A stretch of DNA of 64,000 nt from Parcubacteria group bacterium (GTDB lineage Bacteria > Patescibacteriota > Minisyncoccia > Phycocordibacterales > UBA2135), in contig JACPBB010000001.1 of NCBI GenBank assembly GCA_016180525.1, positions 251,840 to 315,839 of the forward strand. Reading direction: 5' to 3'. The notes below the pieces were generated by a model, which was not told where the DNA came from, made no database searches, and saw only the letters and a list, made by a program, of their open reading frames with translations. The position numbers and the translations under genes were made by a program. Of the stretch, positions 54,519 to 63,668 are shown piece after piece. Each line of letters begins with the position of its first letter. The first letter of the stretch is position 1.

Positions 54519-55706
54519 CTAAGAAACCTCTCGTGGTGGTATGGGTATTAGGTAGGTGTATTTTCCATTACGTGTTTTTTCCTTGATATCAGTAAAATAT
54601 TCATACGCAAACACGACAAGCACATCTATCTTATGCGTGTCTAAATGCGTTCTGGGAAAAATCGGTATATGAGTGCCAGGGCTAAACTTGTTCTGCTTTA
54701 ACGGACTGTCATCAATAATGAATTCAATAAGCTCGGGGCCAATATTACCGAAATTACAAATAGTGGCAACCCGCGCAGGAGAACCATATCCGGCAACTCT
54801 ACGGCCGGCATTTTTGTATTCTACGAGCTTATCTTTAAATGCGCCAATATATGCGTCAACTTTTTGACCAAACTCTTTCAGCGATTCCACGTGCAAATTT
54901 TCTTCTTCCTCTCTCAAAAAATTTTTTACACGCTCGCTTACGGGGGCAGCGTGTTTTGTATTCTGCGCATAAATCCTGATAGACCCTCCGTGTGGCTGAA
55001 TGTTTTCAACATCAGTAACAATCATGCCATGAGAAGCAAATAAATCTCTTAGTGAAGTAAGTGAGTAATAAAATATCCTATCAAGATAGAATCGTTCAAA
55101 TTGAACATCCCGTATGATATTTCCGATATATTCAACCTCAACAATAAAAACCCCTTGTGGCGCCATCACTTTTTTCACGTCGTCAATAAACTGATGCGGG
55201 TCATCCAGGTGGGTAAATATACTGCTTGCAACAATGACATCAGGAGCTCCGTATTTTTCCTTAACTTCACGTGCGGATTTTTCATTAAAAAAGGATGTTA
55301 CCGTAGTAAGCCCCTCATCGTTTGCGATTTTTGAAACATTAATAGACGGGTCAATGCCGACGGCCTTAACTCCTAATTTTTTAAGGGGGCGGAGCAATAT
55401 GCCGTCATTTGAGCCAACATCAAGAACAAACTGCGCCGATGTCAATTTACCCGCTAATTCTTCAAAATGTCTCACAAGGCCTGGGTTTACGGAAGAAAGA
55501 TAATAATAATCTTCAAACATTCTTTCACGAGATACAAATGTTCCAAGCTGAACATTTTTACACCCACCTTCACAGAAAAAAACCGAGAGTGGAAAAAAAT
55601 CTTCGCCCGAAAACTGATTCCTGGTCGGGTATTTGTTCGCAAGCGGCTGCTTGCCAAGATTGAGAAATTCTATTGAATTGTTTTTAAAACATAAACTACA
55701 TTTCAT
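54519..55706 (-). CDS. NDP-hexose C-methyltransferase-like (TylCIII-type), paralog 2
   Basis: Zn-ribbon CSLCF...CEGGCKN, methyltransferase core LDVGSNDGIL and a C-terminal C-methyltransferase domain. Paralog of 31712-32968. Start placed at the internal ATG (MKCSLCF); the track start is a TTG. Confidence 0.7.
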   Translation of the reverse strand: MKCSLCFKNNSIEFLNLGKQPLANKYPTRNQFSGEDFFPLSVFFCEGGCKNVQLGTFVSRERMFEDYYYLSSVNPGLVRHFEELAGKLTSAQFVLDVGSNDGILLRPLKKLGVKAVGIDPSINVSKIANDEGLTTVTSFFNEKSAREVKEKYGAPDVIVASSIFTHLDDPHQFIDDVKKVMAPQGVFIVEVEYIGNIIRDVQFERFYLDRIFYYSLTSLRDLFASHGMIVTDVENIQPHGGSIRIYAQNTKHAAPVSERVKNFLREEEENLHVESLKEFGQKVDAYIGAFKDKLVEYKNAGRRVAGYGSPARVATICNFGNIGPELIEFIIDDSPLKQNKFSPGTHIPIFPRTHLDTHKIDVLVVFAYEYFTDIKEKTRNGKYTYLIPIPPREVS

Positions 55707-55757
55707 ATAAATACAACAATACCATTCAAGCAGATGTCCGCCAAGACACCCACGCAA

Positions 55758-57170
55758 TTATTCCTTTTCTTCAAGAATTGTAAAGTCCTCTGCCGTAACA
55801 GTCTCGCCTGACTCTTCTAGCAAAGGAGCGCGAAAAACGAAAAAGAAGCCGAGAAACCCCATAAGCATGAGCCCCGCGAATCCGAAAAGCCATTTCATTA
55901 TGGAATTGTTTTGGCTATGTGCTCCTACGGCTGCCGCAACTTGTGTCTTTTCCGAAGCTGATTCTTCATTATTTAAAACAGGCTTTTCTTTTAATGCTTT
56001 GGTATCTGCATCTTTAGAGACGGTTACAACTATTGGAAGTGGAGATGCAATTGGGGGCACAGGAATATAAGCAGAAGCAATGTTTCCATTTGGATAAAGA
56101 AGGGCAACATCGCCACTAAAAGCAAGTCCGGTTACTTGCGGAGCAAATCGCAATGTTTTTCCTGAAGCGATAAGCGTATTTGCTGGAACCATAAAATGCC
56201 CACCTTCCGAGCGCAATACCCACCCTTCAAGATTGACTTCGTATTTTGTGTTGTTTGTAACTGCTATAAAAAAATCCTGAGGTGTGCCGATACCACTTAC
56301 CGCAATGTCAGAGGGAACAGTCATCACATTTATTTTTGCTGACGCGGCGTATCCGCCGGAACTCCCCTCAAGAACAACTATATATTCCCCGGGATAGCGA
56401 TATGTGTGAGAAACTGCCGAGCCCTCTCCCCTTTCACCGTCTCCGAAACTCCACAGAAAGCGGACGTTCTCTATGGGCTCACTCTTAAGGCCAAGAGCAG
56501 AGCCGCGAAAGGCAATTGGAGCGCCCACAAGCGCGACACGCCTTACCTGCCCCGCGCTCACAGTAATTGTTTGCTTTGGTTCTGGCGCATAAATACTTTC
56601 CGAGTTTCCTACAACTGGCCCTTCAAGTGTCTCACCCGCTGTCTCTTGGTTATTTCCTCCACCTTCATCATTTGTCACCCCAGGAGTTGGTAGTGCGGCA
56701 ATCCATTGTCCCTGTATTAATTGAATTGATAAGCCGTTTTTTTGTGCGCCAGCATTTTCCCCATATGAAACTGAGCCAACGGTCACACCACTTTCATTAG
56801 CCAGAGATAAAATATCGCCAATATCAGTGAGAGAAAAAGAGCCGTCAATCACAGTGCCAGAAAATCCTTGGTGCGTATTTAAAAATGTATCGGCCTCTTT
56901 GGCGATAATAGCATATGCGTTGGGAGACACGGTAAGAGTTCCTTGTCCCCCGTTCTTAGGCGGCTTTTCAAAAACGTGATTTGTTCCATCATTAAATCGC
57001 CATTCTGTGAGATCAACTGATTCACTTCCCTCATTTAAAATCTCAAACCATTCGTAGGCAACACCCTCTTCCGGAGCATACATTATTTCGGTAATTACTA
57101 CTTGCGCATGCGAAAAGACCGGAAAAAGAAAGAGAAATAAAGCTAATAATAAAGCAGCATGTCGTTTCAT
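55758..57170 (-). CDS. secreted/membrane-anchored surface protein with lamin-tail domains (LTD)
   Basis: Signal peptide MKRHAALLLALFLFLFPVFSHA. VVITEIMYAPEEGVAYEWFEILNEGSESVDLTEWRF is a classic LTD. A second LTD-like segment follows, then a C-terminal TM anchor. The track start is a TTG. Confidence 0.7.
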   Translation of the reverse strand: MKRHAALLLALFLFLFPVFSHAQVVITEIMYAPEEGVAYEWFEILNEGSESVDLTEWRFNDGTNHVFEKPPKNGGQGTLTVSPNAYAIIAKEADTFLNTHQGFSGTVIDGSFSLTDIGDILSLANESGVTVGSVSYGENAGAQKNGLSIQLIQGQWIAALPTPGVTNDEGGGNNQETAGETLEGPVVGNSESIYAPEPKQTITVSAGQVRRVALVGAPIAFRGSALGLKSEPIENVRFLWSFGDGERGEGSAVSHTYRYPGEYIVVLEGSSGGYAASAKINVMTVPSDIAVSGIGTPQDFFIAVTNNTKYEVNLEGWVLRSEGGHFMVPANTLIASGKTLRFAPQVTGLAFSGDVALLYPNGNIASAYIPVPPIASPLPIVVTVSKDADTKALKEKPVLNNEESASEKTQVAAAVGAHSQNNSIMKWLFGFAGLMLMGFLGFFFVFRAPLLEESGETVTAEDFTILEEKE

Positions 57171-57204
57171 TGAACTAGATTCTAGCAAACTATGTATTAT
57201 TTTC

Positions 57205-57238
57205 AAGAAAAAACGTCTGAAGAAATTACTTCAGACGT
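57205..57238 (-). terminator. rho-independent terminator after the NYN-domain gene
   Basis: ACGTCTGAAG-AAATTA-CTTCAGACGT 10-bp stem. On the minus strand it is followed by TTTTTTCTTG. Confidence 0.7.
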
Positions 57239-57255
57239 TTATGAAAAACTTTAAA

Positions 57256-58833
57256 TTATTGTGTGCGTGTCATTCTTCCGAATCGTGCTCCGTATCCGTG
57301 AACTCTTTGGTGATTCTTTTGAAACACCGTGAGATGTTTTGGTTCAACAAACAAAACAGAATCTGCCATGTTGTGTGATTTCTGATTTAAATGACCATGC
57401 TGTGCGATAAAGGCAATAGTTAATTTCGTATTCGTCTCTCTGGCCGCATGCCGCAAATGATGGAGCGTATGGTTGTAATCGCCGTCTCCCGTAACAAGAA
57501 TAACGTGAACGGTTGTATATTTTTCCATCGCGTCCCGCACAAAGAATCCTATGTCGCCAGACATGACTACGTCAGTATCCTTTTTCGGATGCCGAATAAT
57601 CGTAAATCCTTCCTGCTTTGCATTAAATTCAACATCACTCGCCAAAACTCCCGTCCACACATACGCGTATAAGCCCTGTATTCTTTCACGCGCGGATGGT
57701 TCTTGCATAATTGCAAGACGTAGAGCGTGCCAGTTGAGATTTTGAATGGAAAGTATTCTTCTCCCACATTCCTTTCCGTCTCCATCTACACCCTCTCGCG
57801 CTCCTGTAAGATTGCCGACATCAACGAAGATGAATGTTATCGGCTCCGTGCTTCTTTCGTCCTTCTTTTCGGCACGTTTTTTCAGGTCTTTAAGCGTTTC
57901 TGTCCTTACTAATTGAAATCCATCAGGCACTTGAAGCAATCCGACGGGCTTTTGTTCCGGCTTTTTAGGAAAAGAAACATATTTTTTGGGAATATCATTC
58001 CTTAAAATCTTTACCCGTTGAATACTCTGCCTACCACGGCCTTCTAAATCGTACACAAGCTGTATACATCCACGGTCATTGAGGTCTATTAAATAGGCCC
58101 GATATGCAACCTTGTACCGCCCGAGTTGTTTTTCTTCCACAACACCGAGAATTGCGATGCGACAGAGTTCTTCAAGTAGTGCAGAGAGATTTTTCCTCCT
58201 CGCCTCTTCGCCAGAGCCCCGGTGGGATGCAATGGGCCGCAAATTTGATAATACAGCACGATTTCTATCACTCTCATGAAGAGCGATAAAATCCATTTGA
58301 ACTTCTGTCACCGCGAAGTGCGCCGGTGTGTCCGACTGAAAAAGATTTGGCTTAAAAGGTTTTGTGGATGCCACCACTTCTTTATTGAATCCAGCACTCC
58401 CCGATAACTTCTTTTTTTGAATGGCCTGTATATCCTCCTCTGTACACTCAAGAAGCGTAAGCATTTGAGTCCAGCTCAGTGATAACGCAGTGCAAGCAAC
58501 CTTAAGTGCCGCGACAATATTTCCTTGAATTAATTCAACGTATTCTATTTTACCTCCATGCCGACGATCAATTACATCAGTTTCATACCTTACCTTAAGA
58601 CATGAACCATTGAACGGAATTTTTGACTTTTCTTTTGCGTCAAGAGCAAATAGGAATTCGTATCGCGCAGGATTTTCAAAAAACGGAGAAAGCTGAGCGC
58701 GCGGAACCCTATTCCCTAAAGAAATTGAATGCAGGTACACAAGAACGCCCGGGAGCTTCATTTCCCGCCCAAGACCCTTCTTTTTCATAGACAACACATG
58801 TTCCAGATATGCGACACTGCCTAGAGTGTGCAT
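57256..58833 (-). CDS. NYN/LabA-like (PIN-fold) domain protein with a large uncharacterised N-terminal domain
   Basis: C-terminal ITFIFVDVGNL...VHVILVTGDGDYNHTLHHLR matches the NYN/LabA catalytic signature. About 330-aa N-terminal region of unknown function. Strong GGAAGGAG Shine-Dalgarno upstream. Confidence 0.55.
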   Translation of the reverse strand: MHTLGSVAYLEHVLSMKKKGLGREMKLPGVLVYLHSISLGNRVPRAQLSPFFENPARYEFLFALDAKEKSKIPFNGSCLKVRYETDVIDRRHGGKIEYVELIQGNIVAALKVACTALSLSWTQMLTLLECTEEDIQAIQKKKLSGSAGFNKEVVASTKPFKPNLFQSDTPAHFAVTEVQMDFIALHESDRNRAVLSNLRPIASHRGSGEEARRKNLSALLEELCRIAILGVVEEKQLGRYKVAYRAYLIDLNDRGCIQLVYDLEGRGRQSIQRVKILRNDIPKKYVSFPKKPEQKPVGLLQVPDGFQLVRTETLKDLKKRAEKKDERSTEPITFIFVDVGNLTGAREGVDGDGKECGRRILSIQNLNWHALRLAIMQEPSARERIQGLYAYVWTGVLASDVEFNAKQEGFTIIRHPKKDTDVVMSGDIGFFVRDAMEKYTTVHVILVTGDGDYNHTLHHLRHAARETNTKLTIAFIAQHGHLNQKSHNMADSVLFVEPKHLTVFQKNHQRVHGYGARFGRMTRTQ

Positions 58834-58887
58834 GTTTCAACCGCTCCTTCCGTGGTTGCATTCCGGTGGAAATACTACCATATTTCA

Positions 58888-58913
58888 ATAAAAAAGCAAG
58901 TTTTAAAACTTGC
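58888..58913 (-). terminator. rho-independent terminator after gene 58970-60169 (perfect palindrome GCAAGTTTTAAAACTTGC + T-tract)
   Basis: 18-bp perfect palindrome at about 58896-58913, followed on the minus strand by TTTTTTAT. Confidence 0.6.
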
Positions 58914-58930
58914 ACATGTTTTTAGTGTAG

Positions 58931-58956
58931 AACTATTCCAGTATACTGGAATAGTT
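58931..58956. promoter_or_regulatory. perfect 26-bp palindrome AACTATTCCAGTA|TACTGGAATAGTT (candidate operator)
   Basis: Seen directly. Lies between the stop of 58970-60169 and the terminator, about 100 bp upstream of the NYN gene start. Confidence 0.5.
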
Positions 58957-58969
58957 TATGTTGGATTTT

Positions 58970-60169
58970 TTATTTTTGTAAAGAAGACAGCACTGTGTTT
59001 ACTAACTTATTTTTTTCTTCTTCGCTTAGAAATTGCTCCGGACCGCCAGACGGCTTTCCTGCAAGAAGCCATTGCTTAAAACAATCTTTGTATGTAGTAA
59101 GCGGTACCGAGACAAGCACAATATCGTCAACTTTTCTTTTGACATATTTGTTAAATCTTTCTTCATCTATTTTCCCCCGCGCTTCTTTTATCTGGTGCTT
59201 CTTCTTTATCAAGTTTGCACCTATGCTAGAAATCGTAAATTGAATGCCCACTATTCGCTTGTTTTTTACAAACTCATCTCTTGACATATCCGTACCCTCT
59301 ACAGCAACACCGAGAACTTTTTGGAGTATATAGACCTTAAAATCGTATTTTAATTCTGTATCTTCAATTGCGTTTGCCGACTCTACCTTAAATAGTATTT
59401 CCGGATTATTATATGACATTCTTATTAAAATATTTTTTGCCATTTTCTCTCCAATAGCACCAACTATAATCGTTCCTTGGAAGTGTTTTTCTATAAATTC
59501 TTCGTCTATATTTGTTCCCCCATGTGTTATTCCTTCAACAACAACAATTTCATCATTAAAAATTGCACCAATCTTCTGTCGCGCTTCTGATAAATCAGAT
59601 AATTTTCTTATTTTGCGCCAAACATCACGAGGGCACGATTCATCAGGCCTATATAAAATCCCCCAGTCCATGTCTGCTACGACATCACCGAATGTAATTT
59701 GTTTTTTCTTTCCATTTACATTTACAAAAATGCCCTTGTTCTCTTCGTTAAAAAAGACGACGCGCCTCCTTACTCTTTCCTCTTCAGGATAATCAATATG
59801 AGAATCAATGTCTTTAAGCCGTTTCTTTAATACATTCATTTCAATTCTTTTATCCGCGACAAAACCAGCCCGCTGAATATTTGAAGCTTCTTTTTGTTGT
59901 TTTTGTTTTTCCTTAATGCTTCTTTTGACTCTTATGCCATATTGAGGCGCGAATACACCTCTTTTTGTTTTCTTTGCTTTTTGAGAAGTTTTTTTTTCTT
60001 GTATTTCTTGAGTTGTTTTTATTTGTGACTGCTCTTTACTAAAATCATTTTTTGGAACTTCAACAGCCCTTGTCGCGTCTAACATCTCCTCTAGCTGCTC
60101 CGCGGCGATTGCTTCAGCCGCAAGTTTTTCCATCGGTGGTTTTAAATTTTCTGGTAAAAAATGCTCCAT
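58970..60169 (-). CDS. hypothetical protein with Lys/Glu-rich N-terminal low-complexity region
   Basis: 399 aa with no recognisable domain. Sits immediately downstream of the T4CP-like ATPase, separated from it by a 5-nt gap. Confidence 0.5.
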   Translation of the reverse strand: MEHFLPENLKPPMEKLAAEAIAAEQLEEMLDATRAVEVPKNDFSKEQSQIKTTQEIQEKKTSQKAKKTKRGVFAPQYGIRVKRSIKEKQKQQKEASNIQRAGFVADKRIEMNVLKKRLKDIDSHIDYPEEERVRRRVVFFNEENKGIFVNVNGKKKQITFGDVVADMDWGILYRPDESCPRDVWRKIRKLSDLSEARQKIGAIFNDEIVVVEGITHGGTNIDEEFIEKHFQGTIIVGAIGEKMAKNILIRMSYNNPEILFKVESANAIEDTELKYDFKVYILQKVLGVAVEGTDMSRDEFVKNKRIVGIQFTISSIGANLIKKKHQIKEARGKIDEERFNKYVKRKVDDIVLVSVPLTTYKDCFKQWLLAGKPSGGPEQFLSEEEKNKLVNTVLSSLQK

Positions 60170-60174
60170 AAATA

Positions 60175-62229
60175 TTATTTGGGATTTCTTTCATCGCCCG
60201 AGCTCATATCTAACATTTTTTTAAGCTCATCTTCAGGAATTTCCGGAATATTTTTTGGTTCTTCTTTTTTGGCCTCTTGAACATTTGGTTTTTGCTGCAC
60301 ATCGTTTGTTATTGGCTCCTTGTCATTTGCCGTCTCTTGTCTGTTGTTTCTTGCTCCGCGCGCTTCACTTCCCGAGGTTGGGATTTCTTGTTCCTTCGCC
60401 TGAAGAGCTTCTTTGAGCGTTTTCCGCAACTCATCCGCGTTTTGAGAGACCGATTCTTTTTGAGGAGAATTGGGACGAAGCGAACTTAATGAGACGGGCT
60501 GCTCTACGCGCTCTCTCGGCCATCGGTTTGACGAAGTTAGATCTTGAGAAGACGTAATCGGCTCCTGCCTTTTTTCATATATCCTCTGTGACGTTGGCCT
60601 TTCTCCCCTCAAGGTTCTTTCTGTTCTCGGAGGTCTGCCGTCGTTCCTCCTGTCAACATAAGTAGCATTAAATGCTTTTTTAAATGGCTGATGAACTGGC
60701 TGTTCATCCACCCGTCCGCCCCTTTGAGAGCGCTCGCCTACCCATGCGTTGCGCGCAGGTGGGCGAAGAGGCGCGGCAACAGCGGGCTCCCGCATAGGCG
60801 CCCTTTTTTGTTCATCTACTTGAGGAGAGCGAAATTCTCTTTCTCTTTCAGGTGGCCTTTGAAAATCTTTGCGTGGAGTGTCAAGCCGACTTTCTCTATA
60901 AGGCTTTTCCTTCTTTGACTGCTTTTCCGGAGGAGGTGCGGAGAGGTGCCGCTCTAAAATTTTAGATTCTACCTCCGCACGCGGGCGTGCGTATGTCTCC
61001 CGTGAATGGACGAGCACTTCTTCTTTCCATGACCGCGCCGGTTTTTCAATCGGAGGAAGAGTCACTGAAGAGAATGGTTTTGAGGCAAGTCCATCAATCA
61101 TTAACTTTAAATAAATTTGGTAGTATCCGAGGTTTACCAAATCCTCCGCCATAAAAGTCGGAGAAAATTCTTTCTCTAAAACCTCTGCGTCTTCAGCGCC
61201 GACCCGAAACACAATCGTGGTGCCCACGTTTCCAAAGACCGCCTCACGCACTTCATCAGGCATCTGACCTATATATTGGTGTGCAATAGTAAGAGATAAT
61301 TTATATTTACGCGATTCAGACAAAATATCGGCAAATGTTTCGTTCGCAAATGACTGGAATTCATCAACAAAAAAATAAAACGGGGGGAGTTTATTAAGTT
61401 CTGCGGCGGTTGTGTCAGCCCGAGACATTGCCGCAAGATAGATTTTAATAATGAGCATGCTCCCAATCAGTTTCGCGTTCGTGTCTCCAATTCTTCCTTT
61501 TGATAAGTTGATAATAAGAATCTTCTTCCCGTCCATCGCCTCTCTGAAATCAAATGAGGATTTTGGTTGACCTATAATATTTCTAATAAGCGGGTTTGAG
61601 ACGAATTGCCCGATTTTATTTTGAATTGCGGGAGTCGCTTCTTGTGTATATCTATCGGTATATTTTGCAAATTCATCAACCCAAAATGATTTGATAACTG
61701 GATCAGTAATATGGTCAACGACATCCTTGCGAAATTCTTTATTTACGAGCATGCGATTCACGTCAAGAAGCGTTGAATCCGGATATTCCAAAAGCGCAAA
61801 GAGCGTATTGCTTAAAATGTATTCCATTCTCGCCGACCATACATCGGGCCAGATTTTTTTAAACGTACTGATGAGACCGCTCACGACGAGGTGGCGTTTG
61901 TCATATCCCACATCTTCCATCACATTAAATGAAATAGGGAAATTTGCGTCAAAAGGTGCGAAGTGAATAACATCGTTTACGCGCTCTTCGGGAACATAAT
62001 CAAGAAGCGCGGCAGTTACTTCTCCGTGTGGGTCAATAAAGGCCATGCCATTCCCGTTTTGAATATCTTGCACTGCCATATTTTGTAAAAGTACCGTTTT
62101 CCCCATCCCCGTTTTTCCAATAACGTAGATGTGTTTACTGCGATCAAGCGCCTTAATGCCGAACACTTGTTCTTTCCCCCGATAATCCGCTTTTGCAAAA
62201 TATGTTTTTCTGCTTGTATCTTCTTTCAT
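60175..62229 (-). CDS. P-loop NTPase of the TraD/TrwB/VirD4 (type IV coupling protein) / HerA-FtsK superfamily, no TM segments, about 270-aa disordered C-terminal tail
   Basis: DRSKHIYVIGKTGMGKTVLL (Walker A), AFIDPHGE (cf. DPKGE of T4CPs), FYFFVDEFQSF (Walker B). The C-terminal about 270 aa are low complexity, rich in R/E/P/K/Q. Confidence 0.6.
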   Translation of the reverse strand: MKEDTSRKTYFAKADYRGKEQVFGIKALDRSKHIYVIGKTGMGKTVLLQNMAVQDIQNGNGMAFIDPHGEVTAALLDYVPEERVNDVIHFAPFDANFPISFNVMEDVGYDKRHLVVSGLISTFKKIWPDVWSARMEYILSNTLFALLEYPDSTLLDVNRMLVNKEFRKDVVDHITDPVIKSFWVDEFAKYTDRYTQEATPAIQNKIGQFVSNPLIRNIIGQPKSSFDFREAMDGKKILIINLSKGRIGDTNAKLIGSMLIIKIYLAAMSRADTTAAELNKLPPFYFFVDEFQSFANETFADILSESRKYKLSLTIAHQYIGQMPDEVREAVFGNVGTTIVFRVGAEDAEVLEKEFSPTFMAEDLVNLGYYQIYLKLMIDGLASKPFSSVTLPPIEKPARSWKEEVLVHSRETYARPRAEVESKILERHLSAPPPEKQSKKEKPYRESRLDTPRKDFQRPPEREREFRSPQVDEQKRAPMREPAVAAPLRPPARNAWVGERSQRGGRVDEQPVHQPFKKAFNATYVDRRNDGRPPRTERTLRGERPTSQRIYEKRQEPITSSQDLTSSNRWPRERVEQPVSLSSLRPNSPQKESVSQNADELRKTLKEALQAKEQEIPTSGSEARGARNNRQETANDKEPITNDVQQKPNVQEAKKEEPKNIPEIPEDELKKMLDMSSGDERNPK

Positions 62230-62253
62230 AGATTGAATTTTAACACAAATTTA

Positions 62254-63456
62254 CTATTCAGTCAAATCACCTAAAAGAGCCTCACGAGTATATTGATTTG
62301 AAGGATCCCACAACATCCAGCTATCCAGGCCGGCATCATAAACAGCCTGCATTTGTGTTTTAACCATATCTACTGTATAGGGTACTGGGTAATCAAAGTC
62401 CTGAAGCCATGGACGGAGTTTCTCTGGCGTTGAGCTTGCCGCGGTCAATCGCGCTGCCGCTCTATCCATTGAAAACTTGACGATTTCATACGGATACGCA
62501 TTTACGTTCTGGTATCCATTAAATCCCTTTGGATAATGAGACGGGTATACCATTGGTGCAATATAATCAAAATACGGCTCTGCAAACTCAAGTACCTGTC
62601 CGATGTTTAAATCGTCTGTGTTTGTGGAGGCCATTCCAAACAAATCAGCCGAAAGAATCACTCCGCTCTTTTTCAGCCCTTCGTAGAGATGGGCGAAAAA
62701 TTCTTTAAGCGTATGCGCTTTGCCAAATGCGGGGTCGGCAATAATACGCGCCTCACTCCATGGATAATAAATATCACGCATATTTCCGTCTGACGGGAAG
62801 CGAATGTAATCGTAGTTCAGTTCGTCAAAACCGATTTGGTAAGATTCCAAAGAAAGGTCAATTATATAACTCCAATATTCTTGCGCGCCAGCGTCTATAA
62901 AACTGATACCTTTATAATCTTTCCAAATTGTTTTGTCGGATTCTTTCTGCACAGCAAGGTCAGGTCGTTTTTTCGCAAAAAAGGGGTCTTGAAACACCGT
63001 AATCCGCCCAATGACATAAATATTTTTTTCGTGAAGCGTACGTATAAACTCTTTCATGTCCTGTACGCGACAGGTAATGCCGAGTGCTTCATTTAAATGA
63101 GAATTTTTAGTTTCAAACGCTATATTACCGCTGTAATCCTTGATGTCTATAATAATTGAGTTTAATTTTGTCTCCTCAATCAATTTTACCAGCCGACTGC
63201 GGATACTTGGGGTTCCCGCGACACAACTTGTCATGTAGATGCCATATACGGATTTCGGCGTTTTTATGTGAGTAACGGGTGGCTCCTTTATTTCTTCCGC
63301 AGCCTCTTCAAGCGCCGCAAGATAACTATCTCCATTGCCCGGCTCATAGACCGTTCTCACAAAAAAAGGTACGGTAAAAAATGCTACGGCGGCAAATAAA
63401 AAAAAGCCGACGCCCATAAGTATGTATCTTCTACTTATTGTTTTCATGTGGGACAT
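62254..63456 (-). CDS. putative glycoside hydrolase-like TIM-barrel protein (GHL/DUF4015-like) with N-terminal TM anchor
   Basis: TM anchor YILMGVGFFLFAAVAFF, then VYGIYMTSCVAG...IIIDIKDYSG...DELNYDYIRFP is typical of uncharacterised GH-like families. Confidence 0.35.
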   Translation of the reverse strand: MSHMKTISRRYILMGVGFFLFAAVAFFTVPFFVRTVYEPGNGDSYLAALEEAAEEIKEPPVTHIKTPKSVYGIYMTSCVAGTPSIRSRLVKLIEETKLNSIIIDIKDYSGNIAFETKNSHLNEALGITCRVQDMKEFIRTLHEKNIYVIGRITVFQDPFFAKKRPDLAVQKESDKTIWKDYKGISFIDAGAQEYWSYIIDLSLESYQIGFDELNYDYIRFPSDGNMRDIYYPWSEARIIADPAFGKAHTLKEFFAHLYEGLKKSGVILSADLFGMASTNTDDLNIGQVLEFAEPYFDYIAPMVYPSHYPKGFNGYQNVNAYPYEIVKFSMDRAAARLTAASSTPEKLRPWLQDFDYPVPYTVDMVKTQMQAVYDAGLDSWMLWDPSNQYTREALLGDLTE

Positions 63457-63640
63457 GCGCTTGGTGCGTAATATATGACTGATTTTCTTTTCTCTTTCTT
63501 AAGATCTGTAAAAAAGCAAACGATGCAACATATATTCCTGCGATAAACAAAAATACGGTTTTCCACGAGGGCGGAAAACCTAAAAACGGCAGAAAAAAAA
63601 TAAGCACCCCAAATACAAATAATGTCCAATATTGTCTCAT
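63431..63640 (-). CDS. small hydrophobic membrane protein (hypothetical)
   Basis: Two predicted TM helices (LFVFGVLIFFLPFLGF / VFLFIAGIYVASFAFLQIL). Start uncertain. Confidence 0.3.
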   Translation of the reverse strand: MRQYWTLFVFGVLIFFLPFLGFPPSWKTVFLFIAGIYVASFAFLQILRKRKENQSYITHQAHVPHENNK

Positions 63641-63668
63641 TAAAATAATTATAGCATACAAAACACTA

